Below are positions 20,400 to 30,620 of a stretch of DNA of 64,000 nt, in pieces. The position numbers were made by a program, and so were the translations under genes. The notes beneath the pieces were generated by a model. That model did no database searches. It saw nothing but the letters and a program-made list of their open reading frames with translations, and was not told the origin of the DNA. Origin of the DNA: Candidatus Latescibacterota bacterium (GTDB lineage: Bacteria; Latescibacterota; UBA2968; UBA8231); the NCBI GenBank assembly GCA_965206595.1, contig OZ242214.1, forward strand, positions 4,544,001 to 4,608,000. Reading direction: 5' to 3'. How positions within the stretch are numbered: position 1 is the stretch's first letter; each line of letters starts with the position of its first letter.

Positions 20400-21500
20400 T
20401 CAGGGATACACCTCCTGAATGTACTCGACCCCGGCGCTTGCCACTCCCTCGTCGACGTCCTCGACCAGGCTCACCTCGCCGATGCGGCGGCCGAGAACGA
20501 AGCGCAGCCTGCCGTCGCGGCGCTTCTTGTCGGCATGGGTGCGGTCGACGATGCTCGCGGCTGGGACCTGACTGATTCCGGGCGGCACTCCCAGGCGCTC
20601 GAGCAGCGCGTCCTGGCGCCGCTGCTCCGCTGTCGACCAGGTGCCGAGCAGCGTGGCGATCTGTCCGGCCGCGGCCATGCCGAGAATCACGGCCTCGCCG
20701 TGACTGTACCCCTGGTAGCCGGTCGCCGCTTCGATCGCGTGGCCGATGGTGTGGCCGTAGTTGAGAATGGCACGCAGGCCGCCCTCCTTCTCGTCGCCCG
20801 AGACCACGGAAGCCTTGATGGCGGCGTTGCGGGCAATCAGCCAGTCGAGTTCCCCTGAATCGATCTCCAGGGCGACGACTTTTTCGATGTTTCGTTCGAG
20901 ATACTCGAAGAGCTCGGCGTCGCGAATGACCGCGTGCTTGACGACCTCCGACATTCCGGCGACGCGATCGGAAACCGGCAGGGTTCGCAGGGTGGAGGTG
21001 TCGGCCAGCACCAGTCGCGGCTGGTGGAAGGCGCCGATCGTGTTCTTGCCGAGTGCGTGATTGACCGCGGTTTTTCCCCCGATGCTGGCGTCGACCTGGG
21101 CGACGATCGTCGTCGGCACCTGCACGAAGTCGACGCCGCGCAGAAAGGTCGCCGCGACAAAGCCCGCGAGATCGCCGGCGACGCCGCCCCCGAGGGCGGC
21201 GATCCAGCAGCCGCGGTCCATGCGCGCTTCGATCAGCTGCCCGAAGATGCGCTCCGCAGCAGCGAGGTTTTTCTCCGAGTCGCCGCCGGGGAAGAGGATT
21301 TCGGTCACTCGAAAGCCGGCGCCGCGCAGACTCTCCGAAAGAATTGGAACGCAACTGTCCGCAAGGGCGGTGTCGGCGATCACCGCGGCGCGGTTGCCGA
21401 GGCCGAGTTCCCCGCAGCGCCGCCCGATCTCCGGGAGGATGCCGCTGCCGACCACGACCTCGTAGCCGCGTTCCCCCAGCTCGACGGTTACGGACGGCAT
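20400..21500 (-). CDS. aroB: 3-dehydroquinate synthase
   Basis: LGGGVAGDLAGF, QVPTT, DASIGGKT, LNYGHTIGHAIE, HGEAV. Confidence 0.95.
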   Translation of the reverse strand: MPSVTVELGERGYEVVVGSGILPEIGRRCGELGLGNRAAVIADTALADSCVPILSESLRGAGFRVTEILFPGGDSEKNLAAAERIFGQLIEARMDRGCWIAALGGGVAGDLAGFVAATFLRGVDFVQVPTTIVAQVDASIGGKTAVNHALGKNTIGAFHQPRLVLADTSTLRTLPVSDRVAGMSEVVKHAVIRDAELFEYLERNIEKVVALEIDSGELDWLIARNAAIKASVVSGDEKEGGLRAILNYGHTIGHAIEAATGYQGYSHGEAVILGMAAAGQIATLLGTWSTAEQRRQDALLERLGVPPGISQVPAASIVDRTHADKKRRDGRLRFVLGRRIGEVSLVEDVDEGVASAGVEYIQEVYP

Positions 21501-22027
21501 GGCGGCTTCCGCTCGAGAAATCGGTGAATTTCCTCCGCGGCCTCTTCGGGGGTCCGTTCCCGGCACGACTGCACCGTCATGTCGGCGGCGGCGTAGAAAG
21601 GGGCCCGCTCGATCAGCATGCGCACGATTCTTTCCCGTTTCTGCTCCATGGTCAGCCCGGCGAGCAAGGGGCGGGTCTCCTTGCGGCCGACCCGCTCTAG
21701 TATCGTGTCAGCGTCCGCTTGAAGACAGACGAGAAGGCCCGGCGATTCGCGAATGGCGTCGCGGTTGCGCTCCTGGGTGATGGCGCCGCCGCCGAGGGCG
21801 ACGACGACATCGCGGCGCGAAGCGACCTCGACTACGCAGGCGTGCTCGATATTCCGGAACCAGTCCTCCCCTTTTTCCGCAAAAATTTCCGCGATCGCCA
21901 TGCCGGCGCGCTCCTCCGCCATGTCGTCGGTATCGATGAACCAGCGTCCCATGCGCCGGGCGAGCAGGCGTCCCACCTTGCTCTTGCCGGTCGCCATGAA
22001 ACCGGTGAGGAAAACCGGGCCGTTCAC
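21488..22027 (-). CDS. aroK: Shikimate kinase
   Basis: GFMATGKS P-loop, FIDTD, LGGG, RPLL; start uncertain (GTG 22027 or 22036). Confidence 0.92.
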   Translation of the reverse strand: MNGPVFLTGFMATGKSKVGRLLARRMGRWFIDTDDMAEERAGMAIAEIFAEKGEDWFRNIEHACVVEVASRRDVVVALGGGAITQERNRDAIRESPGLLVCLQADADTILERVGRKETRPLLAGLTMEQKRERIVRMLIERAPFYAAADMTVQSCRERTPEEAAEEIHRFLERKPPCRP

Positions 22028-22181
22028 GGGTAGCACCGGCTCCCCGCCGGCAGAAGCCGGGCTCGCGCATGGTACCACCGGGGCGTACTGGGAAAGACAC
22101 TGTCTTGTGAGCCGAAGCCGTGCCCGAACGGCTTCTCCCGCCGCCTGCAAACGCCGATGGTCAGCTGCGCCAAGCCCATTT

Positions 22182-23885
22182 TCACATCTCCTCCGGGGCT
22201 TTCATTCCGACCAGCTCCAGCCCCGTGCGCAGCACCGCGCGCACTGCGTCGACCAGCCTGATCCGCGCCTCGGCCAGCTCGGGGTCGCCGGGTACCAGCA
22301 CCTGAAGTTCGTTGTACATCTTGTTGGCGACCGCGGCCAATTCGAGCAGATAGGTGGTGATACAGGAAGGTTCGTCCTCGTCCGCGGCCTGTGCTACCTG
22401 TGCGGGAAACTCTGCGAGCTTTCGGGCGACTCGCATCTCGGCCTGTTCCCCCAGTCTGGCCGCGTCGCCGCGGTCCGGCGGTTTGCCGAATCGCCGCAGG
22501 ATGCTGCAGAAGCGCGCATGAGTGTACTGCAGGTAAGGCCCGGTCTCGCCGTCAAAGTTGAGGACCTCCTCCAGGGAAAAGCTCACGTCGCGAGTGCGCC
22601 GGTTGCTGACGTCGGCGAACACCACAGCCCCTATGCCCACCTGCCGCGCGACTTCTTCCCTGCCGGCGAGCTGCGGGTTCTTCTCGGAGATGATGCCCCG
22701 GGCAAGCTCGACGGCGCGCCCGAGCACGTCTTCGAGCAACAGCGCGTTCCCCTTGCGGGTTCCCATCGCTTCCCCTTTGAAGGAGAGCAACCCGAAGGGG
22801 GCGTGCACGCAGCGGCTGATCCAGTCGGCGCCGACCCGTTCCAGGGAGCCGAAAACCTGGCGGAAGTGCAGCTGCTGCCGGATGTCGGTGACGTATACCA
22901 TCTTGTCGAACCGGTAGCGCTCCCAGCGGTAGCGCAGGGCGGCCAGATCGCGGCTGTGGTAGGTGCTCGTACCGGCGCTGGTTCGCAGCATGCAGGGGGG
23001 AATGTCCTCTCCGAGGCGGACGATCAGCGCCCCCTCGCTCTCTTCGGCGAGCCCCTTTTCCGCGAAGAAGGCGATCGTCTCGTCGAGCCGGTCGGCGAAG
23101 TGGCTCTCGCCGAGGTAGTCGTCGAACTCCACTTCGAGAATGCGGTACATGCGCTCCGCTTCGCGGCGCCCTTCCTCTACGAAGTACCGCCACAGGGAGA
23201 CCATCTTCTCGTCGCCGGCGGCTAGGCGGACGAGTCGTGCCCGAGCTTCCTGGGCGAGCTCGGGATGGCTTTTCACCTCTTCGTTGAAGCGCACGTACAG
23301 GTTGGACAGCTCCGCCACCGGGTTGATTCTGACCTTGCCGGGATCGGCCCACAAGGTGTAGGCGGCGAGGAGCTGCCCGAAGTTGGCGCCGTAGTCGCCG
23401 TAGTAGTTGATGCCGACGCATTTCCATCCGAGGAAGGCGTGGATGCGGCGGATGGCGTTGCCGATTGCGGTCGAGCGCAGGTGCTGGATGCCGAACGGCT
23501 TGGCGAGATTCGGAGCGCCGAAGTCGATGGCGAGGGTCTTGCCCCGCCCCTGATTCCCGGACCCGAAGCAGTCCCCCGTGGCGGCGATTTCCTCGAGGGT
23601 GTGGCGAATGAAGGCGGTGCGGTTCAGCCTGAAGTTGACGTATCCCCCGGCTGCCTCGACGCCGTCGATCCGGTCGCTTGCGGTGCCGCTGAGCCGGGAG
23701 GCCACCTCGCCGGCGATCTGGGCAGGGTTCCGGCGCAGCTGCTTGGCCAGCGTGAAGCAGGGGAGCGCGTAGTCCCCCATTTCCTCCGCCGGCGGTACGG
23801 AAAGCAGTTCCCGCAAGGTCTCGGAGTCGACGCCGGTCGCCGACGCGGCACCTTCAAGTATTTCCTCTACGAACGGATTGGTCAC
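22182..23885 (-). CDS. argS: Arginine--tRNA ligase
   Basis: GDYALPCF, PNLAKPFGIQHLRST (HIGH variant), MGTRKG, GETGPYLQYTHAR, C-terminal APEEM. Confidence 0.95.
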   Translation of the reverse strand: MTNPFVEEILEGAASATGVDSETLRELLSVPPAEEMGDYALPCFTLAKQLRRNPAQIAGEVASRLSGTASDRIDGVEAAGGYVNFRLNRTAFIRHTLEEIAATGDCFGSGNQGRGKTLAIDFGAPNLAKPFGIQHLRSTAIGNAIRRIHAFLGWKCVGINYYGDYGANFGQLLAAYTLWADPGKVRINPVAELSNLYVRFNEEVKSHPELAQEARARLVRLAAGDEKMVSLWRYFVEEGRREAERMYRILEVEFDDYLGESHFADRLDETIAFFAEKGLAEESEGALIVRLGEDIPPCMLRTSAGTSTYHSRDLAALRYRWERYRFDKMVYVTDIRQQLHFRQVFGSLERVGADWISRCVHAPFGLLSFKGEAMGTRKGNALLLEDVLGRAVELARGIISEKNPQLAGREEVARQVGIGAVVFADVSNRRTRDVSFSLEEVLNFDGETGPYLQYTHARFCSILRRFGKPPDRGDAARLGEQAEMRVARKLAEFPAQVAQAADEDEPSCITTYLLELAAVANKMYNELQVLVPGDPELAEARIRLVDAVRAVLRTGLELVGMKAPEEM

Positions 23886-24733
23886 GGTTCCACCTGGCCG
23901 AGCAGGGCCTGTTTCATTTCCTCCACCGGCGCGGCCACACCGGTCCAGATCTCGAAGGCGCGCGCTCCCTGGTGAACGAGCATTCCGAGCCCGTCGACGG
24001 TGCGCGCCCCGGCCTTTTCGGCCTGGGCCAGCAGGCGCGTGTGCCGCGGCTTGTAGACGATGTCGAGGACTGTGAGGCGGTCGTGCAATACCGACGGATC
24101 GGGTAGCGGGGAAGCATCCGGCCGCGGATGCATTCCGACCGAAGTCGCGTTTATCAGCAGGCCCGCTTCGCCCATGGCGCCCCCCCCGCCAAGAGTTCCG
24201 ACGCGCACGCGGCGGGCCTCCGGGTCGAGATCGGCAGCCAGGGCATCGGCTTTTTCCGCGGTGCGGTTGAGGAGCAGGACATCTTCTACTTCTTCGGCCT
24301 GCAGCAAGGCGTAGAGGATTGCCCGGGCGGCGCCCCCTGCCCCGAGCAGCACCACCGCCGCCGGCAGGGAATCGAGTCCGCCGTCGGCGCAGAGGCTGGC
24401 GATGACGCCTTCCGCATCGGTGTTGTACCCGGTCAGGCGCCCATCCTTGTTGGCGATCGTGTTCACCGCCCCGATGGCCCGGGCTTCTTCCGAGATCTCG
24501 TCCAGTCCCTCCATCACCGCCACCTTGTGCGGCACCGTTACGTTCAGGCCGCGGATGCCGAGCGTCCGCATAGCCACCGGAACCTCGGCGACGCGGTCCG
24601 GGGGGACGGCGAACGGCAGGTAGGCGAAATCGAGTTCCGTCCTGGCGAGCGCGGCGTTGTGCATCGCCGGAGAGAAGCTGTGCTCGACGGGGTACCCGAT
24701 CACCCCGAGCAGGCCGGTTCTCGAGGTGATCAA
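23882..24733 (-). CDS. aroE: Shikimate dehydrogenase
   Basis: HSFSPAMHN, GLNVTVPHK, GAVNT, NTD, GAGGAA, GMLVHQG. Confidence 0.95.
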   Translation of the reverse strand: MITSRTGLLGVIGYPVEHSFSPAMHNAALARTELDFAYLPFAVPPDRVAEVPVAMRTLGIRGLNVTVPHKVAVMEGLDEISEEARAIGAVNTIANKDGRLTGYNTDAEGVIASLCADGGLDSLPAAVVLLGAGGAARAILYALLQAEEVEDVLLLNRTAEKADALAADLDPEARRVRVGTLGGGGAMGEAGLLINATSVGMHPRPDASPLPDPSVLHDRLTVLDIVYKPRHTRLLAQAEKAGARTVDGLGMLVHQGARAFEIWTGVAAPVEEMKQALLGQVEP

Positions 24734-24870
24734 CCGAGGAGATCCTCGATGAACTGGTCGGCTATCTCCAGACTCTCGCTCCAGCTCGCACCGTAGAGGA
24801 GCTTGATAAACAACACGCCGCCTCCGAACAGCAGGGCGAGCAGCGCGAACAAGCGTATGAACCCACTCAT
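24730..24870 (-). CDS. 46-aa single-TM small protein (not in ORF track)
   Basis: MSGFIRLFALLALLFGGGVLFIKLLYGASWSESLEIADQFIEDLLG; RBS AAAGGAGAGG; ATGA overlap with aroA' stop and TTGA overlap with aroE start. Confidence 0.8.
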   Translation of the reverse strand: MSGFIRLFALLALLFGGGVLFIKLLYGASWSESLEIADQFIEDLLG

Positions 24871-26153
24871 GTCACCTCTCCTTTCTTGTCCTGCAAAGCC
24901 TGCAACAGATCGCAGAAGCCGGGAAAAATCTCTTGCAGACAGCCGCTGTCTGCGAGAACCATCTCCCCTTCGGCGAGCAGTCCCGCAACCGCGAACGCCA
25001 TCGCGAGTCCGGAATTGTTCCTGCAGTCGATCTCCCCCCCTGTCAGGGGCCTGCCCCCTTCTATGACGATCCCCTCGGGATACTCCCCGACTTTCGCCCC
25101 GATTCTGCGCAGAGCGGAAACCAGGTGAGCGACCAGATCGTGGCTCCCCTGCCGCAGGGGGGCGATGTCACGAATGATGAATTCACCCTCCACCTGGGTC
25201 GCCAGCACCGCCAGCATCGCCATCTGATCGAGGAGGCGTTCGCTGCGCCCCCCGGCGACGCGAGTTCCCTTGAGCCTGGCGGCCCCGACAACGAGGTCCG
25301 CCGCACCGTCTTCCCGCTCTTCGACCGCGGCCTCGCCGCCGATCTGCCTGAGAAGGTCGAGGAACGGGCGCTGTGGCGAGCGCAGCTCGACGTTGCGGAT
25401 GCGGACCTTCGAGCCCTTCAGACTCGAAGCGGCGACAACAAGCGGCAACGCCAACCGCAGCTCACCCGGCACGGAGACCCGAACTGCCCGCAGGTGCGTT
25501 CCCCCCTCCACGGCAATCGCGCGCGCGCCCTCCCGCCGGCTCCGTGAAATTCCGCCGCAGCGGCGATCCAACAGCTCGTCGACGCGGTCCCTGGAGGAAG
25601 GCGGTTCCCTGACCTCGGTGGCGCCCTTTCCGTACAGGCCGGCGATCAGCAGCGCCAGCTTCACCGGTGCCTCGAGGTCGGTCTCGGGATGTGAAGCCCC
25701 CTTCATGCCGTCGCCGCGGTCGAAGGCGACTACATCGCCGGCTGCGAGACGGCCTGCCGCTCCCATTCTGCCGAGGAGCTCGAGGAGCCGGGTGCAGGAC
25801 TCCTGCTGAGCCGCGGGAATCCGGGCCCGAAAGGGAATGCCCTGCCCGGCGAGCACGGCCAGCGCCGGCAGAGCCGTTGCTCCGGTGTCGGTGAGATCGA
25901 CGATGCCTTCAACGCGGCGCAGGGCATGCGGGCCTGCCCCTCGAATCGCCAGGGTGGAGTTTTCCCGCCTGGTTTCGATGCCCGCCCTGTGCAGCCAGGA
26001 GACCAGGCGCTCCGAGCCCGGAGGGAGGTTGTCGACTTCCGAGTCCCCCTCGGCAACTGCGGCCAGCAGCAGAGCCAGGGCGGCTCCGTCCCGGTCGCCC
26101 GGGACGCGCGCCTCCCCCTCGAGCCTGTGCGCTGCGGCTACTCGCTGCCGCAT
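24867..26153 (-). CDS. EPSP synthase (AroA)-fold protein, catalytic motifs degenerate
   Basis: Colinear with class II AroA (VPGD, VK..LLIAGL, SRD, VPG, LAMAFAVAGL, FPGF) but key residues replaced. Confidence 0.85.
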   Translation of the reverse strand: MRQRVAAAHRLEGEARVPGDRDGAALALLLAAVAEGDSEVDNLPPGSERLVSWLHRAGIETRRENSTLAIRGAGPHALRRVEGIVDLTDTGATALPALAVLAGQGIPFRARIPAAQQESCTRLLELLGRMGAAGRLAAGDVVAFDRGDGMKGASHPETDLEAPVKLALLIAGLYGKGATEVREPPSSRDRVDELLDRRCGGISRSRREGARAIAVEGGTHLRAVRVSVPGELRLALPLVVAASSLKGSKVRIRNVELRSPQRPFLDLLRQIGGEAAVEEREDGAADLVVGAARLKGTRVAGGRSERLLDQMAMLAVLATQVEGEFIIRDIAPLRQGSHDLVAHLVSALRRIGAKVGEYPEGIVIEGGRPLTGGEIDCRNNSGLAMAFAVAGLLAEGEMVLADSGCLQEIFPGFCDLLQALQDKKGEVT

Positions 26154-26181
26154 CTGTCAATCGGTTGGCGGGAAATGCGGA

Positions 26182-27312
26182 TCACGGCAATCGAGCCTGG
26201 TAGCCGAGGGAGTTGAGCACCACCAGCGACTGCTCGGCTGCCTCGGGGCTGTCGAACCCCAGGCGGATGGTGCCGCCTTCACCCTCGCGCACCTTCATCA
26301 CCTCGATGTCGTTGATGTTGAGATTCTCCGCGGCCAGACCGCCGGCAATTTCGGCAATCACTCCCGGTTTGTCCTCGGCGACGACGAGAATCTCGTGCAG
26401 GCGGTGCAGAAACCCCTTGGCGTCGCGCGGGATCGAGGCCCGCATTTCATTGGCGAAATCGAAATCCCGTTGCAGGCTCTCGTCCCCAACGCGTTCCCGG
26501 ACATCGCGCAGCATGGCCGAGAAACGGTCGATCAGCTCGCGAATGCTGTCGGCGTTGGTCCTGCATATGTCCTCCCACACAGGGGCGAAGGGACTGGAGG
26601 CGATGCGCGTCAGGTCGCGGAAACCTCCCGCTGCCAGCGGCAGATACAGGCCTCCTTCTTCCTCGTCCATGCGTCCCACCATCTCGACGAGCGAGGTCGC
26701 CAGCATCTGCGGCAAGTGCGAAATCGCCGCGACCACGCGGTCGTGCATCTCGGCGGACAACTCGACGACCCTGGCACCAATGCGCCCCAGCAGCAGCTGC
26801 AGGTCGGCATAGAGCCGTTCCGGGACGCGCTCATCCGGTATCAGGATGTAGATCGCATTCTGAAAAAGGAACGGATCGGCGGCGCGGACTCCCGATCGTT
26901 CGGAGCCTGCCATCGGGTGTCCGCCTATGAAGTATGCCTTCTCTCTGCCTGCGGCGCGCGCGGTTTGCGCGATCACCCGCTTGGTGCTGCCTACATCCGT
27001 TATCAGGGCATTTTCGCGGGCGAGGCGCATCACCTCGGGGAGGAGTTCCACGATGCGCCGGATCGGAGTGCAGAGCAGGACCAGATCGGCATCAGCGATC
27101 CCCCTGTCGAGCTCTTCGTAGGAATACCCTTCGTCGAGCACTCCCAGATCGAGGGCCTTGGCGATGGTCTCGTTGCGGCTGATGCCGACAACGCGCGTCG
27201 AGGGGGCGGCCTGCCTGACTGCGAGTCCAAGGGAACCGCCGATCAGGCCGACGCCGACTATGGCGATACGCTCGAAGACGTCAGCTCTCCTCGCGTCCTG
27301 GCTGCGGGCCAT
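26182..27312 (-). CDS. tyrA: Prephenate/arogenate dehydrogenase with C-terminal ACT domain
   Basis: GVGLIGGS, TDVGSTK, GGHPMAGSE, HD...SHLPQ, GFRDLTRIA, EDKPGVIA ACT. Confidence 0.93.
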   Translation of the reverse strand: MARSQDARRADVFERIAIVGVGLIGGSLGLAVRQAAPSTRVVGISRNETIAKALDLGVLDEGYSYEELDRGIADADLVLLCTPIRRIVELLPEVMRLARENALITDVGSTKRVIAQTARAAGREKAYFIGGHPMAGSERSGVRAADPFLFQNAIYILIPDERVPERLYADLQLLLGRIGARVVELSAEMHDRVVAAISHLPQMLATSLVEMVGRMDEEEGGLYLPLAAGGFRDLTRIASSPFAPVWEDICRTNADSIRELIDRFSAMLRDVRERVGDESLQRDFDFANEMRASIPRDAKGFLHRLHEILVVAEDKPGVIAEIAGGLAAENLNINDIEVMKVREGEGGTIRLGFDSPEAAEQSLVVLNSLGYQARLP

Positions 27313-27324
27313 TCGACATTCCGG

Positions 27325-27582
27325 TCACTGCTGTTCGAGGTCGCGAGCTGCGGCGATAATGCGCGTGAAAACGTCGACCAATGCCCTGTCTCCCAGGGGG
27401 CCCTGGTTGTACTCCCGCAGCCGTTGCAACAGGTCGCGTTCCCGTTGCGGGTCGCGGACCTCCAACCCTTCCGCGCGCTTGATCTTCCCGATCTCCACGG
27501 CGTACTCGAGCCGCTTGTTGATAAGATCGACCAGCTCTTCGTCGACCTCGTCGATGCGGGCACGCCACTCACTGAGGTCCAT
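27325..27582 (-). CDS. Chorismate mutase (AroQ, type II)
   Basis: WRARIDEVD..LVDLINKR, IGKIK, RDPQRE. Confidence 0.9.
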   Translation of the reverse strand: MDLSEWRARIDEVDEELVDLINKRLEYAVEIGKIKRAEGLEVRDPQRERDLLQRLREYNQGPLGDRALVDVFTRIIAAARDLEQQ

Positions 27583-27634
27583 TCGCAACTGCGCTCCTGT
27601 TCGGGACACCCCGTTTCCCGGCCGCGATCCCGGA

Positions 27635-28621
27635 CTAGCGAAAACCCATGACCGAGCGCACGCGATCCATCGTCCGCTCGACGACAGGGCCTGCCTTTCC
27701 CGCCCCCTGTTCCAGGATCCCGTCCAGGTAGTGCGGATCTGCGGTAATCTCGCGGTACTTCTCCTGCAGCGGTGCCAGCGACTCGGTCACGAGGTCGGCG
27801 AGCTCCCCCTTGAGGTCTCCGTACCCCTTGCCCTGGAACCGGGCTTCGATCTCCTCCTCGCTGCGTCCGGAAAGGGCCTGGTATATCGTCAGCAGGTTGA
27901 AGAGCCCGGGGCGCTGGGGATTGAAGACGATATCCCGCTCCGAGTCGGTGACCGCCCGCGCCAACTTCTTGCGTATAACCTTGGGGGCGTCGAGGAGGCC
28001 TATTGCGTGATTCCTGCCCGTTTCGGATTTCGACATCTTCCTGGTGGGGTCGTCCAGTCCCATTACGCGCGCCCCGACGGGCCGAATCAGCGGCTCGGGT
28101 ACGGTGAACACCTTTCCGAAGCGATTGTTGAAGCGATTGGCGATGTCGCGGGCGAGCTCGACGTGCTGCTTCTGGTCCTCCCCGACGGGGACCGCGTCAG
28201 CCTGGTAGATGAGGATGTCGGCAGCCATGAGCACGGGGTAGGCGAAGAGTCCGGTGCCGGTCGCCTCGTCGCGGCCTCCGGCCTTGTCCTTGAACTGCGT
28301 CATCCGCTGCAGCCAGCCCATCGGCGTCACGCAGGTGAGAAGCCAGGTGAGCTCGGTGTGTTCGGGGACGTGCGACTGCACGAAAAGGACGCTACGCTCC
28401 GGGTCGATGCCGGCAGCCAGGAGAACGGCGGCCATCATCCGGGTGTTCGCCCTGAGCTCTTCGGGATCGTAGTCGACGGTGATGGCGTGCTGATCGACGA
28501 TACAGAAGTAGTTCTCGTACTTCTCCTGGTCGGTTACCCAGTGAGCGATGGCACCGATGAGGTTGCCGATGTGGGGCTCGCCGCTCGGCTGGATGCCGGA
28601 AAGGACTCTTTTGCTTGCCAC
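27635..28621 (-). CDS. trpS: Tryptophan--tRNA ligase
   Basis: SGIQPSG, HIGN, YPVLMAADIL, VPVGEDQ, KMSKS. Confidence 0.96.
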   Translation of the reverse strand: MASKRVLSGIQPSGEPHIGNLIGAIAHWVTDQEKYENYFCIVDQHAITVDYDPEELRANTRMMAAVLLAAGIDPERSVLFVQSHVPEHTELTWLLTCVTPMGWLQRMTQFKDKAGGRDEATGTGLFAYPVLMAADILIYQADAVPVGEDQKQHVELARDIANRFNNRFGKVFTVPEPLIRPVGARVMGLDDPTRKMSKSETGRNHAIGLLDAPKVIRKKLARAVTDSERDIVFNPQRPGLFNLLTIYQALSGRSEEEIEARFQGKGYGDLKGELADLVTESLAPLQEKYREITADPHYLDGILEQGAGKAGPVVERTMDRVRSVMGFR

Positions 28622-28629
28622 CTCGATTC

Positions 28630-29424
<795 letters not shown>

Positions 29425-29581
29425 GTTTCCTGGAACAATCCCGACAACCCCGCCGGGCGCCTTGTCCCCGAAACGGGTTGCCGAAGTTCGACCGCGGGGT
29501 CGCCCGGCTCGCAAGGAACCTGAGCGGGTCGCGGCGGGGTCGTACTGCGGGCGAATGGCCGGAAATGGATGAGACGGAACA

Positions 29582-30589
29582 CTAGGAGTTGCTGATTTCG
29601 ACGAGCTTTTCGAGCGCGGCGAGGGCCGCGCCGGAGGCGATGCTCTCCTCGGCCACGGGGGTCCCGGAAGGCAGATCCTCCGCAAGGTCTCCGGCGGCAA
29701 CGGCCGCTGCGGCGTTCATCACGACGACGTCCTTGGCCGGCCCCGGCTTGCCTTCGAGCACGGACCGCAGAATGGCGGCGTTGTCGGCAGCCGTCCCCCC
29801 CAGGAGATCGGCGGCTGTCGTCGTCTCGAAGCCAAAACAGCCCGGGGCGACCTCGAAGGTTCTCAGGACTCCGTTTTTCAGCTCGGTGACCTGCGAAGGC
29901 CCGGTCGACGTGATCTCGTCGAGGCCGTCGCTGCCGTGAACCACGTAGGCGCGCTCGGAACCCAGCATCTGCAGCACTCCGGCCAACTTCTCGGTGAGGC
30001 TGGCGTCGAAAACGCCGAGCAGCTGCCGCCTGGCCCCGGCGGGATTGGTCAGGGGTCCGAGGATGTTGAACACGGTGCGGGTGCCGATCTCCCTGCGAGG
30101 GCCGATGGCGTGCTTCATCGCCCCGTGCAACAACGGGGCGAAAAGAAAGCCGATGCCCGCTTCATCGAGACACTCGGCGACCTTCTCAGGGCCGGCCTCG
30201 ATGTTGACCCCCAGCTCCAGCAGCACATCGGCGGAGCCGCACCTGCTCGACATTGCCCGGTTTCCGTGCTTGGCAACGCAGAGCCCGGCGCCGGCGGCGA
30301 CGAAGGCGACCGCTGTAGAGATGTTGAAGGTCCCCGAACCGTCCCCTCCGGTGCCGCAGGTGTCGATCTTCGTTCCCCTGCCGCCGCCGATGCGCGTCGC
30401 CTTCTCCCGCATCACCTCGGCGAAGCCCGCCACCTCGGTCACGGTCTCGCCCTTGCAGCGCAGGGCGATCAGGAAGGCTCCTATCTGGGCGTCGGTCGCC
30501 TGACCGCTCATGATCTGGTCCATCGCCCCGCGGGCGCTATCGCGGTCGAAATCCACCCCGTCGAGCAGCTGTTGAATTACGGTCTGCAT
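29582..30589 (-). CDS. trpD: Anthranilate phosphoribosyltransferase
   Basis: DTCGTGGDG, FNIST, KHGNR, GSAD, GPLTNP, DGLDE. Confidence 0.96.
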   Translation of the reverse strand: MQTVIQQLLDGVDFDRDSARGAMDQIMSGQATDAQIGAFLIALRCKGETVTEVAGFAEVMREKATRIGGGRGTKIDTCGTGGDGSGTFNISTAVAFVAAGAGLCVAKHGNRAMSSRCGSADVLLELGVNIEAGPEKVAECLDEAGIGFLFAPLLHGAMKHAIGPRREIGTRTVFNILGPLTNPAGARRQLLGVFDASLTEKLAGVLQMLGSERAYVVHGSDGLDEITSTGPSQVTELKNGVLRTFEVAPGCFGFETTTAADLLGGTAADNAAILRSVLEGKPGPAKDVVVMNAAAAVAAGDLAEDLPSGTPVAEESIASGAALAALEKLVEISNS

Positions 30590-30620
30590 CGCTCGCGCCC
30601 TTTCTCCTGGTCGGTGAGGG

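Noticed and set aside
23470-23500. ArgS HIGH motif reads GIQH
   Set aside because: ArgRS HIGH motifs vary naturally and the rest of the enzyme is canonical; not evidence of inactivation
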